A DNA stretch of 64,000 nt. Origin: Ostreococcus lucimarinus. Lineage: Eukaryota. The notes under the pieces were generated by a model. It had not been told where the DNA came from, did not search any database, and saw nothing but the letters and a program-made list of their open reading frames with translations. The position numbers and the translations under genes were made by a program. Each line of letters begins with the position of its first letter. Position 1 is the first letter of the stretch. Shown piece by piece: positions 20,301 through 30,634 of the stretch. The stretch lies in the NCBI GenBank assembly GCA_000092065.1, contig CP000589.1, one strand, 5' to 3'.

Positions 20301-23300
20301 TAGATCGGTTGGATAAACTCATAATCCAGCTGTGTCACTGCGTGTATGGATTTACATTGGATCAGCCCACTCGGAATTGCCGAGAAGAATATGGCGCATG
20401 TACGACCACACTTCATATTTCGAACGAAATGGAAGCCGCCAACCTTTGGTTGGCCATTCAACCTTACGCCATGGTGAACAAGGAAAGTATTCCCAGCGCC
20501 GTCATTGAGGAGATCCGCAAGAAAATATCCGATCCACCGAAGACCGAGCAAGCTACACTTATCGAGAAGTACTTGTCCACAGGCTCAGACGACCTTGCGT
20601 GCTCGTCTATCGCAAACTTTGGAGAGATAACCGAGCAAGATCGACAGCTCGCTCGAGAGCTAATCAGCACGCCGACCGCAGATGAAGTCATCGTTGCTCG
20701 ACAAGGAGGCTCGACTCCGAAGAACGGCCCCAGCGCGCCGCCGACTCCGGTTGTCACTACAGACGTCATGCATTATCTCACGAGTACTCCAACTACAGAC
20801 CGTGCGCTTCGCACCGTTCAATCCGATGAGAAAATTTCGTTGTTTGCGAGCTTTTACAAAACTTTCTTGCAATTTTGTGCAGACATGGACGTTGTTGCGC
20901 TCGAAACATTGCTCGAGGACGAACAAACAGATTATGATCAACTTCATGCGTTGCTTGGAAGTGTTGCATCGTCGACTCCCACGGCGCAGCAATCTGCTGT
21001 GGCGGCCAAGAGCGAGGAGGTGACGAAGCTGTACAAGTTTGACGTCGAGTACAATCCCACGCGCCCGCAAAGTTGGATCGCGCTGGCCGATCACCTGGAT
21101 AACATCAAAGATATCGTTCTTAACGATGCCGCCAAAATCTTGGCAGTCGGCACCTTCCGCGCGTCTCCAATGTTGACAATGCTTCAGTCGACGCAGCTGG
21201 CGATTCGACGGGCGTTGATTGCGGCGGAAGAGGCTTTAACAATGACTCATTATCCTGGACACCCGGAGACGGAGTGGGTGCGGTCACAAATTTACGAGCG
21301 CCTCGGCCAAACTGCGTACGAGCTCGTACAGGATGCTCCACCAATATACGACTCTCGCAAGTTTGCTTTGGTCAAAACTACTCCTACGTACGCATCCACG
21401 CTTGCGTTGTGCAAACAAGCGTTCACGAAAGCTTCCGAAGCTTATCCCGACAATTGGATATACCCCCACTACCTGGCGAAGATCGCGAAAAAAGATGGCC
21501 AACCTTTATCACACGTTCTCGAAACCCACGCACAGGCGCTCGCGATAAAGCCGGGCTGTTTGGAAGCAATCTATCAAGTGACGAATATTCGTTTGCACAT
21601 GCTCTTGTCCATCGAGGTTAGCGGAAGAAAGAAGATGACTCCAGAGTCACAAGCAATCACGCTTTGCGTACTCAAGCAACCGTTTAACCCAGGAGACATG
21701 CAAAATAGTTGGATCGGTGCATATCGAGATTGCATCGTAGCGTTGCTCTTCATCAACAAGAATTATCCCAAGTTCCACAAGGCGAGCTATCGTCTTGCGT
21801 GGGCTCGCTTGAAAAAGTCTCCGGGAGAACTCGGGCACTGTCAAAAAGCTTTGGAGTACCTGAACCCTCTATTCAAAAGTCCTCGGACTGGAACGTTCAA
21901 GATTTTCATGACTGAAATCGATGACACAAATTTGGGCATCAAGACTCCCGTGGAGACGGTCGACGGAAATATTGCGTATGAGTGCGGTATCAGCGAATCT
22001 CGACGACGCTTCATAGCGAACGTTCGCCGTACGCTTCGCTTGTACTTGACGTTGCTTTACACAAACGAGGACATGGGTACACTTGCGGCGGTAGTTTCTT
22101 ACATCACGGACTATTCCAAAACCGCCACGAAAACGCGTCTGCCAATCATCGCGAACTCACAAGACGTGCGCTTCTTTGCTTTCGGACTTTTGTTGCGAGC
22201 CCTTGCGGCAAGGCTCTCGGTTGTGGGTCGAAGAATTCAAGAATCATTGCAGAAAGAACAAGCGTCCATGCTCGCTGGAAAAGAAGGCGCGAATACAGAA
22301 GCGGGTACGCCACAAGCGGCGTCGGTCGCATCGACCAAACTAGATGTGTACCTCGAACAAGCGTACAATGTTTGGTTTGACTTCGCGGTTCCCGCTCGAG
22401 GAAATATGTTGTCTTGGGAGCAAAATGTCGACGAGGCTTTCACACAACTTGAAGTCGAGGAAAGCCGCACCGACGAAGGCCCTGATCTCGTCAAGGAACC
22501 TTACAAGACGGCGTTCAGTAGCGCGAGCAAGTTCACGAAGTCATCACCAGAGATGAATTTCGAACAGTACGCTCTCGAGTGCATAACCGACTTGGAAGCC
22601 AAATCTGACTTGAATACGCTCGCCGCACGGCTATCCCTCTGTCAAAAACGTTTCAGGGAAATCGAACCTGAAGCCGACGCGCAAGTGAAAGAATCAGGCA
22701 TGAATCGTTTGAAGATTCTTGGTAACGCGTTGAAGGATGCGTTCATCAGATGCTCTGCGCCGACGATTGAACTCTTGGCAAAAGGGGAAATCAAGTTATG
22801 CCCGGGTGGTTTAGAAAACGTCGAAGAAGAGACCTCGAAGAAGGACAACGATGCTGTCGTCGACGAAGCGAAAGAAGGTACCGAGGCTGTGAATTCGCCG
22901 CAAAAGTCTACGCCAACCAACTTCACCGAAATCGTCCTCGTCACTGCGCGGCGTCTTCATGTGGTAACGAAGACAGAATCTACGGCACGACTGTACGAGT
23001 TCGCTGTCCAACGACGCAATTCATTGCAAGCTCTGATCGATGCGATTGATTCTGGTAGCACACCAACGGACATGGAAGACCCGAGCGTGCCTGTCGTCGC
23101 TAAACTTCACGCGGAAGTCACCAAGCTAACGGCAAAAATTGCCGAGCTGAAAACAAAGCACAGCAATTTGGTCGAAAGCGCGCTCGTCGCCGAAGGCCAG
23201 ACGACCGATCCAGAACAACTAAAGCTCGTCAAGGAAACGTACGAGGAGCTCACCACTACGATTGTTCGATGTGAGAAACTCAAGGCGGATCACGCCTGTG

Positions 23301-23571
23301 AAGTGGTCAATTACCGCAAAGAGACGAGCCAGCTCGCGGATGAAATGGGCAAGCGCGACATTGGCAACGCTGATTCGACAGAATACATCCTGCGCGTGAT
23401 GAGCGCCGTGCTCCAACGTGAAGTGACCGATATCGATGAAGCCGAACGCGAAGCCGAAATCGCCATCGGAGAGCTGAGAAGGTTGCGTTCGGACGTCGCG
23501 AAAACGAAACGCGCGAAAGTCAGTCGCGGTCGCTCAAAAAAATCCGCGGCGACAAACGCGACGGAAGCCGT

Positions 23572-23609
<38 letters not shown>

Positions 23610-23716
23610 TCGAACCTCGCCAAGAGCTCGAGCCCCCTCGGCCCGAGCCCGAGCCCACCTCTGACGTCACCATGCTCGTCGCCGACGCCGTCGCCGACGC
23701 CGTAGCCGACGTCTGA
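17303..23716 (+). CDS. giant TPR-repeat protein, CABIN1/Hir3-like (HIRA-complex component candidate)
   Basis: 2137 aa from in-frame ATG (MDWACLND). The N-terminal TPR region (VRCYASAVEIDDTDALVWGRLGRAAVAVGSMAVARMAYERAVSASPRNQLFLEDLSEVCLSAGDFETAKAL) matches the Hir3/CABIN1 signature. It also has long coiled-coil/K-E rich segments and a C-terminal DADADADA microsatellite-encoded tail. Confidence 0.5.
23573..23610. repeat. (GCCGAC)n hexanucleotide microsatellite encoding a poly(Asp-Ala) tail
   Basis: gccgacgccgacgccgacgccgacgccgacg. A second degenerate copy is at ~23671-23706. Confidence 0.9.
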
Positions 23717-23758
23717 GGTCCCCGTTGTAAAAACATCCCCACTCGCCCACTCGGGCGC

Positions 23759-25840
23759 ATGCGAACGACCACCTCTCTGTTCGCGCAACGTTTGACCCTC
23801 ATCAGTGGCCTACGCGCGTTCACCACCACGCGCTCCGCGCCCCGTCGCGCGCTCCACGCGTCGTCGTCGTCGATCGTTTTCGCCGCGCGCGCGACCCCGG
23901 ACGCGAATCGCGACATGTTTCGCGACGGTCCCGACGCCGGTGGGCGCGGACAACCGCGCAAGCGCCCTCGAGGCGGTCGAGGCAACGGCGGCGCGCCCCG
24001 TCCGCGCAGCGATGGCGCTCGAACGCACGTGAACGATCGACTCGAGAAGCCGTGGGAAGGTCAGGACGACGCGCCGAGATCGAGCGCGCCGCCACCGCGA
24101 CCGAATTTGATGAAAAACACGCACGGAGGCGCGCTCGCGCAGGCGCAGATCGTGGAAGTCGCGACGGGGAACGCGCCGAGCACGACGGCGGCGTTCGCGA
24201 ACATGGGACTCACGGAGGCGTCGATGCGAGCGATTCACGAGGTGATGGGATTCACGCACGCGACGGCGGTGCAAGATTCGACGCTGCCGCACATCATGCG
24301 AGGATTGGATGTGCTCGCGCGCGCGAAGACGGGAAGCGGGAAAACGGTTGGATTTTTGTTGCCGGCGATCGAACGGTTGGCAAAACAAGGAGCGCCGCGA
24401 AAGGGGGACGTGTCGTGCCTGGTAATTTCGCCGACGAGAGAGTTGGCGTCGCAAATCGGCGAGGAGGCGAAGAGTTTGTTGACGTATCATCCGTTCAATT
24501 GCCAGGTTGTCTTCGGTGGGACGAACATTAACAGCGAACGAAAGCGATTGACGTCGCAAGGGGTTGAATTTTTGGTCGCTACTCCCGGACGGTTGATCGA
24601 TCACTTTGAGTCGAGCAACTTGGCGCGCGCGTGCCAAAACCTCGACGTCTTGGTGCTCGACGAGGCGGATCAGCTTCTCGACATGGGTTTCCGACCGAGC
24701 TTGGAAAAAATTTTGTCTTATTTGCCTACGCAGCGACAGACGTTGTTGTTCTCCGCCACGGTGCCGAAAACGGTGCATCAAATCGCTGCCAACGCTTTGC
24801 GACCGGGTCATCAGTACATCGACTGCGTCGGCGACGACGCACCGGCGACGAATTTGCAAGTTAAGCAATCGCTCATCGTCGCCTCGTTTCACGACCACTT
24901 GACGCTGATGACGCAAGCTATTGAAGAACATCAGGCGGAGGAACCAAATCACAAGATCATGGTATTCTTTCCCACCGCTCGTTCGACGCAACTCGCGTCA
25001 GAAATGTTCGAGGCGTGCGGCAAACCCGTCTTTGAGATTCACAGCCGCAAGTCTCAGGCTGTTCGTACGAAGGCGGCGGATAAGTTCCGCGAAGCCCGCG
25101 CGGCGGTCATGATGTCTTCTGATGTCACCGCACGCGGTATGGACTTTCCAGACGTGACGATGGTTATTCAAATCGGTGTTCCGTCTGCTCGCGAGCAATA
25201 CATTCATCGTCTTGGTCGAACCGGGCGCGCAGGCAAGACGGGCAAAGGCTTGCTCATGCTCGATCCCGCGGAGAAGTTTTTCCTCAACGGCGTTCGTGAC
25301 TTACCCATCGAAGTCTTAAACCCTGCGATTGATTCTCAAGTCGACCAGCGCGTGCGCAAGGCCATCAGCAGAATCAATCCGGATACCAAGGCGCAAGCAT
25401 ACAGCGCATGGTTGGGCTTTTACAACGGCTCGAGCGGAAAGATGAAGTGGAGCAAGGACGATTTGATCTTTGCAGCCAACAACTACGCCTTGGAGACCTT
25501 GCAGTGCGAAAGTTTGCCCGGTCTTTTGAAGAAGACTGTGGGTAAGATGGGTCTCAAGGGGTTCACCGCGAACTTGAACATTGTCTCCGAGTTGGGCGGC
25601 GGCGGCGGCGGCGGTCGCGGCGGCGGCGGCGGCGGTCGTGGCGGCGGTGGCGGCGGTCGCGGTGGCGGCGGCTTCGGTGGTGACCGCGGCAGTGGTGGAT
25701 TCGGCGGTGGTGGCGGTGGTCGCGGTGGTCGCGGCGGTGGTCGTGGTGGCGGCGGTGGTCGCGGCGGCGGTCGCGGCGGCGGACGCGGCGGTGGCGCCAA
25801 CGCGACGAGCATGAACTGGCAACAGCAAAGCTTCTATTGA
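23759..25840 (+). CDS. DEAD-box ATP-dependent RNA helicase (Mss116/plant RH-like) with presequence and C-terminal RGG/GGR repeat tail
   Basis: Motifs present: AKTGSGKT (I), PTRELA (Ia), VLDEADQLLDMGF (II), SAT (III), HRLGRTGRAGKTG (VI). The N-terminus (MRTTTSLFAQRLTLISGLRAF) is mitochondrial-presequence-like. The C-terminus is (GGRGGG)n. Confidence 0.9.
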   Translation: MRTTTSLFAQRLTLISGLRAFTTTRSAPRRALHASSSSIVFAARATPDANRDMFRDGPDAGGRGQPRKRPRGGRGNGGAPRPRSDGARTHVNDRLEKPWEGQDDAPRSSAPPPRPNLMKNTHGGALAQAQIVEVATGNAPSTTAAFANMGLTEASMRAIHEVMGFTHATAVQDSTLPHIMRGLDVLARAKTGSGKTVGFLLPAIERLAKQGAPRKGDVSCLVISPTRELASQIGEEAKSLLTYHPFNCQVVFGGTNINSERKRLTSQGVEFLVATPGRLIDHFESSNLARACQNLDVLVLDEADQLLDMGFRPSLEKILSYLPTQRQTLLFSATVPKTVHQIAANALRPGHQYIDCVGDDAPATNLQVKQSLIVASFHDHLTLMTQAIEEHQAEEPNHKIMVFFPTARSTQLASEMFEACGKPVFEIHSRKSQAVRTKAADKFREARAAVMMSSDVTARGMDFPDVTMVIQIGVPSAREQYIHRLGRTGRAGKTGKGLLMLDPAEKFFLNGVRDLPIEVLNPAIDSQVDQRVRKAISRINPDTKAQAYSAWLGFYNGSSGKMKWSKDDLIFAANNYALETLQCESLPGLLKKTVGKMGLKGFTANLNIVSELGGGGGGGRGGGGGGRGGGGGGRGGGGFGGDRGSGGFGGGGGGRGGRGGGRGGGGGRGGGRGGGRGGGANATSMNWQQQSFY
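25595..25798. repeat. GGC/GGT-rich low-complexity tract encoding the RGG/GGR tail of the DEAD-box helicase
   Basis: ~200 bp of (GGCGGC/GGTCGC) units. Confidence 0.9.
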
Positions 25841-25958
25841 GCGCGGTGTCACCCTTTTTTCAAATAAATTCGCAGTAGATTACATTCTTTTATCCGTCGT
25901 GTGGACTAGAACCCTATTCGACTAGAACCGTGATTGTATCAAACGCCTACTCTCCTCT

Positions 25959-27419
25959 CTATTTCACGCACTTCTTTAGATGCCTCAGGACGTCGCCGAC
26001 CAAATACAGACTGCCAGTGACGAGGACGTTGACGCGCGCCGGCGCCACCTCTCGCGCTCGATGTCGAATGAGACTGAGCGCTTGATGAATGCTCGAAACC
26101 ACGACACCTCGAGTGTCTTGAGCTTTTTCTGCGAGCACGTTCGCACGTTTGACGATGATATCGTCCCACGTACGCGCACACCTGTCTTGCCAAGAGGTCG
26201 CCTTTGCGTCCCCGCACTTGTCTAACCCGCTCGTGGTGCTATCCGGCGGGCTAAAAATAGCGCGCTCTAACTGTACGTTTGAAGTCGTGTGGAAAACATC
26301 CGCGACCGGTTCGAGTAAATCCTCCGGTTTGCGATCATCCATGCAGTTGAAAAGCATGATGTTGTGCTCCGCCGTCACCGCTCGCGCGGTGCTCGTAAAC
26401 CATTCGGCGCTGTGGCGCATGGATTCGATGGTGTGCGCGCCGTCGAGATAAAACGTCAAGTTCATCACATCGGGATCGTGCATCACCTGCGATCGACCCG
26501 GCCACGTCGTCTTCTCTAACCCGACGCGAAAGCTCTCCGGTAACTCGTTTCGCGCGAACGAAGCCTCCATCTCCTCCGCCCACGGCTGGTTCGTGGCGTT
26601 CGCCCACTCCCGCACCAACTCCACGGCGACGGCGGCGTTGACGCGTTGGTGCGGTCCCGCCAACCCGACTTCGATCTCACTCCCGCCCTCATAGCTGTCT
26701 AAATCTCTCGCGACGACTAACGGCGAACCAACCTCGGCGGCGCGACGCTCGAGCGCGACCATCGCCTCGGGTTTTTGCGGCGCCGTAAACGTTCGCACGC
26801 CCGGCTTCATGATCCCCGCCTTCTCCGTCGCGATTTTCCCCAAAGTATCCCCTAAAATATCCACGTGATCCATCCCGAGCGACGTGATCCCGCACGCCGC
26901 CGGCGCGCGCACCACGTTCGTCGCGTCCAGGCGCCCCCCCAACCCCACCTCCAGCACGCACGCCTCCACCCCCGCGCTCGAGAAAATTCGCAGCCCCAAC
27001 AGCGTCAAAAACCTAAAGTACGCCGGCATCCCCAGATCTCCGCACCGCGCCGCGATCGCGTCCCGCGTCCACCAAAACTCCCTCGCGAACGTCTCCTCGT
27101 CCACCATCGCCCCGTCGATCCGAAATCGTTCTCGCACGTCCATCAAGTGCGGGCTCGTGAACGTCCCCACCCGCGTCCCGCTCGCCCTGAGCATCCCCTC
27201 CACCATCGCGCACGTCGATCCCTTCCCCTTCGTCCCCGCCACGTGCACCACGTCGAGCGCGTCGACGCGCCCTCGCAGGTCCAGCCTCGAGACGTACGTC
27301 TCCAGCTGCGCGAACTGCGCCTCCCACGTCACCGCGCCCGGGTCCGCGCGTTTTTTACCCGTGATCGTCTTCGCGAGCTCGCGCACCGCCGCGTCGTACG
27401 TGCGGTCGTCGTCGCGCAT
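25959..27419 (-). CDS. FPGS: folylpolyglutamate synthase (FPGS, Mur ligase family)
   Basis: HVAGTKGKGST P-loop, LEVGLGGRLDATNV, and the C-terminal Mur-ligase domain. ORF trimmed from 27740 to in-frame ATG 27419 (MRDDDRTYDAAV), removing the low-complexity leader. Confidence 0.85.
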   Translation of the reverse strand: MRDDDRTYDAAVRELAKTITGKKRADPGAVTWEAQFAQLETYVSRLDLRGRVDALDVVHVAGTKGKGSTCAMVEGMLRASGTRVGTFTSPHLMDVRERFRIDGAMVDEETFAREFWWTRDAIAARCGDLGMPAYFRFLTLLGLRIFSSAGVEACVLEVGLGGRLDATNVVRAPAACGITSLGMDHVDILGDTLGKIATEKAGIMKPGVRTFTAPQKPEAMVALERRAAEVGSPLVVARDLDSYEGGSEIEVGLAGPHQRVNAAVAVELVREWANATNQPWAEEMEASFARNELPESFRVGLEKTTWPGRSQVMHDPDVMNLTFYLDGAHTIESMRHSAEWFTSTARAVTAEHNIMLFNCMDDRKPEDLLEPVADVFHTTSNVQLERAIFSPPDSTTSGLDKCGDAKATSWQDRCARTWDDIIVKRANVLAEKAQDTRGVVVSSIHQALSLIRHRAREVAPARVNVLVTGSLYLVGDVLRHLKKCVK

Positions 27420-27814
27420 CGTCGTCGTCGTCGCGCGGGTCGTCGTCGTTCGATTCGTTTCGATGTTTCGTTTCGATTCGACGCGTTCGTCGCCTTCCGC
27501 GCGCGAGTTCGACGCCGTCGAATTCCGCGGATTATTTTTATCTCGCGATTCGCCGCGTCGGCGATCGCGGCGCGTTCGCGCGCGCGCGCGTCGCGCGATC
27601 GCGCGCGCGGCGCGCGGTCGAGGCGGCCTCGTCGTTTTATATAGCGAAAGTGTCGTATTTAAGGAGTCTCTCGTTCGCGTTGAGTCACGACCCGTCGAGA
27701 GAGTCGTAACACCCCCGCGATTGTGACGGCGCGCGCACACCGCGACGCGCGCGGTCGCGTCGCGCGCGCGTCGCCGCGGTCGCTCGGACTCGATTCCGAC
27801 GACGCGCGCGCGCG

Positions 27815-28855
27815 ATGGCGTCGCCCGCGCGACGGACGCGCGAGACGGACGACGCGACGGTGAACGCCATGGGTGGCGATCGAAACGTGTTCGCGTCGCG
27901 CGCGTGCGACGCGTGCCGCGCGCTCGGGTCGTTCATGGTGCTCGTCGTGCTGGCGATCGTCGGGCTGACGTACTACGCCACGGTGGTCGTCGTGTACGGA
28001 CCGTTGGCGGCGGAGGGGGGGGAGGACGCGGGCGTGGCGACGGGGGCGCTGTGCGCGTATCACGTCTTCGCGTTCATGCTGCTGTGGTCGTACTTTGCGT
28101 GCGTGCTGACGGCGCCGGGAGACGTGCCGAGGGGGTGGACGCCGGCGCCGGAGGATCCCGAGGAGGCGGCGTCGGAGGCGAAGAAGTCGAACAGCGAAAA
28201 GAGACGGCGGTTTTGTAAAAAGTGCGCGGCGTGGAAGCCGACGCGGACGCACCACTGCTCGGTGTGCAAACGATGCGTGTTGAAGATGGATCATCACTGC
28301 GTGTGGGTCGCGAATTGCGTGGGGGCGTATAACTATAAATTTTTTCTGCAGTTTTTGGCGTACACGTTCTTGGCGACGGTGCTGGATGCGATTTTACTGT
28401 TGAGCAATTTTATAGATTTCTTCAAAGACGTCGAGGAGAGTCAGGCTGCGGGAAGCCAAGGGGCGGACGCGAAGGTCGATCCGGCGGAAGGAACGGAGTT
28501 AGCGGTGGTGTTTGTGACGTTTATAGTCAACGTGGCGTTCTCGGCGTCGTTACTGGGCTTTTTAGTGATGCACGGTAACTTGATCCTGAGCAACATGACG
28601 ACGATCGAAATGTACGAAAAGAAAAAGACGCTTCCGTGGAAGTACGACTTGGGAAGGTTCAGAAACTTCAAGGAAGTGTTTGGAGAGAACGTTTTCATGT
28701 GGTTCCTCCCCGTGCATTCGAGCTCGCACTTGGAAAAGATGCGCGTGAACACGGGGATTTCAGACGGGGAATGTTTAGAAGGCGCCGCGTACGCCAGGGC
28801 GTGCGAAAGCGCGCAACGAGAGGCGACGATCGGGAATAGAAAAGGTCGAGCGTAG
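27815..28855 (+). CDS. DHHC-type protein S-palmitoyltransferase
   Basis: CKKCAAWKPTRTHHCSVCKRCVLKMDHHCVWVANCVGAYNYKFF is the DHHC-CRD. Four predicted TM segments flank it. ATG verified. Confidence 0.9.
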   Translation: MASPARRTRETDDATVNAMGGDRNVFASRACDACRALGSFMVLVVLAIVGLTYYATVVVVYGPLAAEGGEDAGVATGALCAYHVFAFMLLWSYFACVLTAPGDVPRGWTPAPEDPEEAASEAKKSNSEKRRRFCKKCAAWKPTRTHHCSVCKRCVLKMDHHCVWVANCVGAYNYKFFLQFLAYTFLATVLDAILLLSNFIDFFKDVEESQAAGSQGADAKVDPAEGTELAVVFVTFIVNVAFSASLLGFLVMHGNLILSNMTTIEMYEKKKTLPWKYDLGRFRNFKEVFGENVFMWFLPVHSSSHLEKMRVNTGISDGECLEGAAYARACESAQREATIGNRKGRA

Positions 28856-29254
28856 ATTTATTGGATGCAAGCATAGATTTGTCGAGCGCGCGTCGCGTCC
28901 ATGGAGATGTCGACGTCGCGAGCGATACAAGTGACTAGAAAGACGAAGCGCGGGACTATTGTGTAGTATACATGCACTCGCTACTGTCTGCGTCTTTCGC
29001 TACCCTCGCCTCGGTTTGCTCATGATTTCTTTCAACATCTGCCGCCTCGCCAGCTCTCTCGGCGCGTTCGCCGCCTCTATTTTCTTCTCCAGCGCCAACT
29101 TCTTCTCGCTCAAATTCTCCAACAACTCGTATCGCAGCTGCGGCATCGCTCGCGAGCGTCTATCGTAATTCTCAATCGCCGTCTTCGCGCTCGAACTGCG
29201 CGTCATCCGAAGCGCACGTCGACGCATTCGTCAGTCACCCGCGCGCCTTCGTCG

Positions 29255-29668
29255 TTACGCGTCGCCGTCGAGTCCTCGCGCGCGCTCGCTCGGCTCGCAA
29301 CACCAATCGCACCTCATCGCCTTCACCGCCCGCTCGAGCGTCGGCAAATCGCTCGTCGCGCTCGCCTCGCTCTGTATCGCCGCGTTCAGCGTCGTCGTTC
29401 GCAGCACCTCCGCCGCGTCTCGCACGTTCGCCGCCGTCGCGTCGACGCACGCGCGCGCGAACCCATCGACGAAGTGCGTCCCGCGCTTCGCGATGAAACT
29501 CGCGACTTCGCCCCCCCCCGCGCCGTCGCCGCCGCCGACGAGCGCGTGCATCGCGCCCTGCGTCACCGTGTCGCTCACCGCGGACGCCGCGGTGGAGAGC
29601 GTGGACGAGAGCGCGTCCATGGCGCGTCGCGATGTCGCGCGCGGGGCGCGACTCGACGCGCGCGGCAT
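29255..29668 (-). CDS. small hypothetical protein
   Basis: 137-aa minus ORF (MDALSSTLSTAASAVSDT...CDWCCEPSERARG). No recognisable domain. May be a real small gene or GC-driven. A further same-frame 75-aa ORF at 29000..29227 follows, after a TAA. Confidence 0.25.
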   Translation of the reverse strand: MPRASSRAPRATSRRAMDALSSTLSTAASAVSDTVTQGAMHALVGGGDGAGGGEVASFIAKRGTHFVDGFARACVDATAANVRDAAEVLRTTTLNAAIQSEASATSDLPTLERAVKAMRCDWCCEPSERARGLDGDA

Positions 29669-29901
29669 TTCGCCGCCGTCGGCGCGTCATGCGCGCCGTC
29701 GTCTCGGCGCGCGCGCGAAGCGCGCGAAGCGCGCGCATCGAGGCGTCGACGAGCGGCGCGACGGCGCGAGGACTCGCGGCGCGCGCGCGCGGCGCGAGGA
29801 TTCGCGATCGGTGTGGAACGGTTTCGACGACCGTCGAACGACGCGCCGTCGCGCGCGCGCGCGGCGGACGCGAAAGCGACGGGACGGACTCGTTCGACGC
29901 G

Positions 29902-30429
29902 ATGTTTCGCGATCTCGAGCGAGAGACGCGGTGGATGTTCGAGCGCGCGGCGCGCGAGTCGAGGGCGCTCGAGGGACGCCGGCGCGAGGCGCTCGAGCGG
30001 CGGCGAGCGGCGCCGCGCGACGCGGGAATCGGGGACGATTGGCGACGAGAGGAGCGCGGAGAAAAGCTTCTACCCGGAGGTGGGGTGCACAGGTATTACG
30101 TCAGCGAGCGGGTGACGACGTACGGAGGCGCGCCCGCGCGAGGCGCTCGCGTCGGCTCGGCGGTCGGCTCGAGCTCGGGGTTCCTCGCGACGTGCCTCGC
30201 GCTCGGCGTCGCGGCGACGTACGCGAGCCTGGGGAGAAAGTTTTTCAAAGGCTTCGACAGGACGTCGTACAAAGAGGACGCGAAACTCGGTCTCACAGCG
30301 CGCTGGCCGCTGTTGTACGCGTCTTCAAGCAGGTTTCGGGACGAGTTCGCCGCGGCGACGGCGGACCCACCGCGCGACGACGACGATCGCGGCGCGAAAA
30401 AAGACGTCGACGTCGACGTCGACGAGTAG
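29902..30429 (+). CDS. hypothetical protein with C-terminal hydrophobic segment
   Basis: ORF 29632..30429 trimmed to ATG (MFRDLERETRWMF). Contains GFLATCLALGVAATYASLG, a TM-like segment. The DNA ends in a (GACGTC)n repeat. No family assignment. Confidence 0.3.
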   Translation: MFRDLERETRWMFERAARESRALEGRRREALERRRAAPRDAGIGDDWRREERGEKLLPGGGVHRYYVSERVTTYGGAPARGARVGSAVGSSSGFLATCLALGVAATYASLGRKFFKGFDRTSYKEDAKLGLTARWPLLYASSSRFRDEFAAATADPPRDDDDRGAKKDVDVDVDE

Positions 30430-30472
30430 CTCACGTAGCGTTCAGACGTGTCCATTTCAACACTTTGTGCGA

Positions 30473-30520
30473 TTCAAAAAACCATCCGGGCGTCGGTTCA
30501 AAAAACCATCCGCGCGTCGG
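30473..30520. promoter_or_regulatory. 24-bp direct tandem repeat (x2), ~115-160 bp upstream of the HAD-fibrillin start codon
   Basis: ttcaaaaaaccatccgGgcgtcgg / ttcaaaaaaccatccgCgcgtcgg, one mismatch. An A-rich core in an otherwise GC-rich region. The position is promoter/5'UTR-like. Confidence 0.5.
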
Positions 30521-30634
30521 TCGCCGCACAGTCAGCGTCGTCCGCGGAATATCTTTCTAGAAAGTCGACCCCGACCCCGGCAAACCTCCGCGCGCGCGCG
30601 CGCCGCCGGACGCGCGCGCGCGCGCACGAGCGCC

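Noticed and set aside
29000-29227. 75-aa minus ORF immediately downstream of and in frame with ORF 29255..29668
   Set aside because: I considered a read-through or Sec-type event, but the separating stop is TAA (29255-29257), not TGA. No conserved motif spans the junction. Left as an unassigned small ORF.
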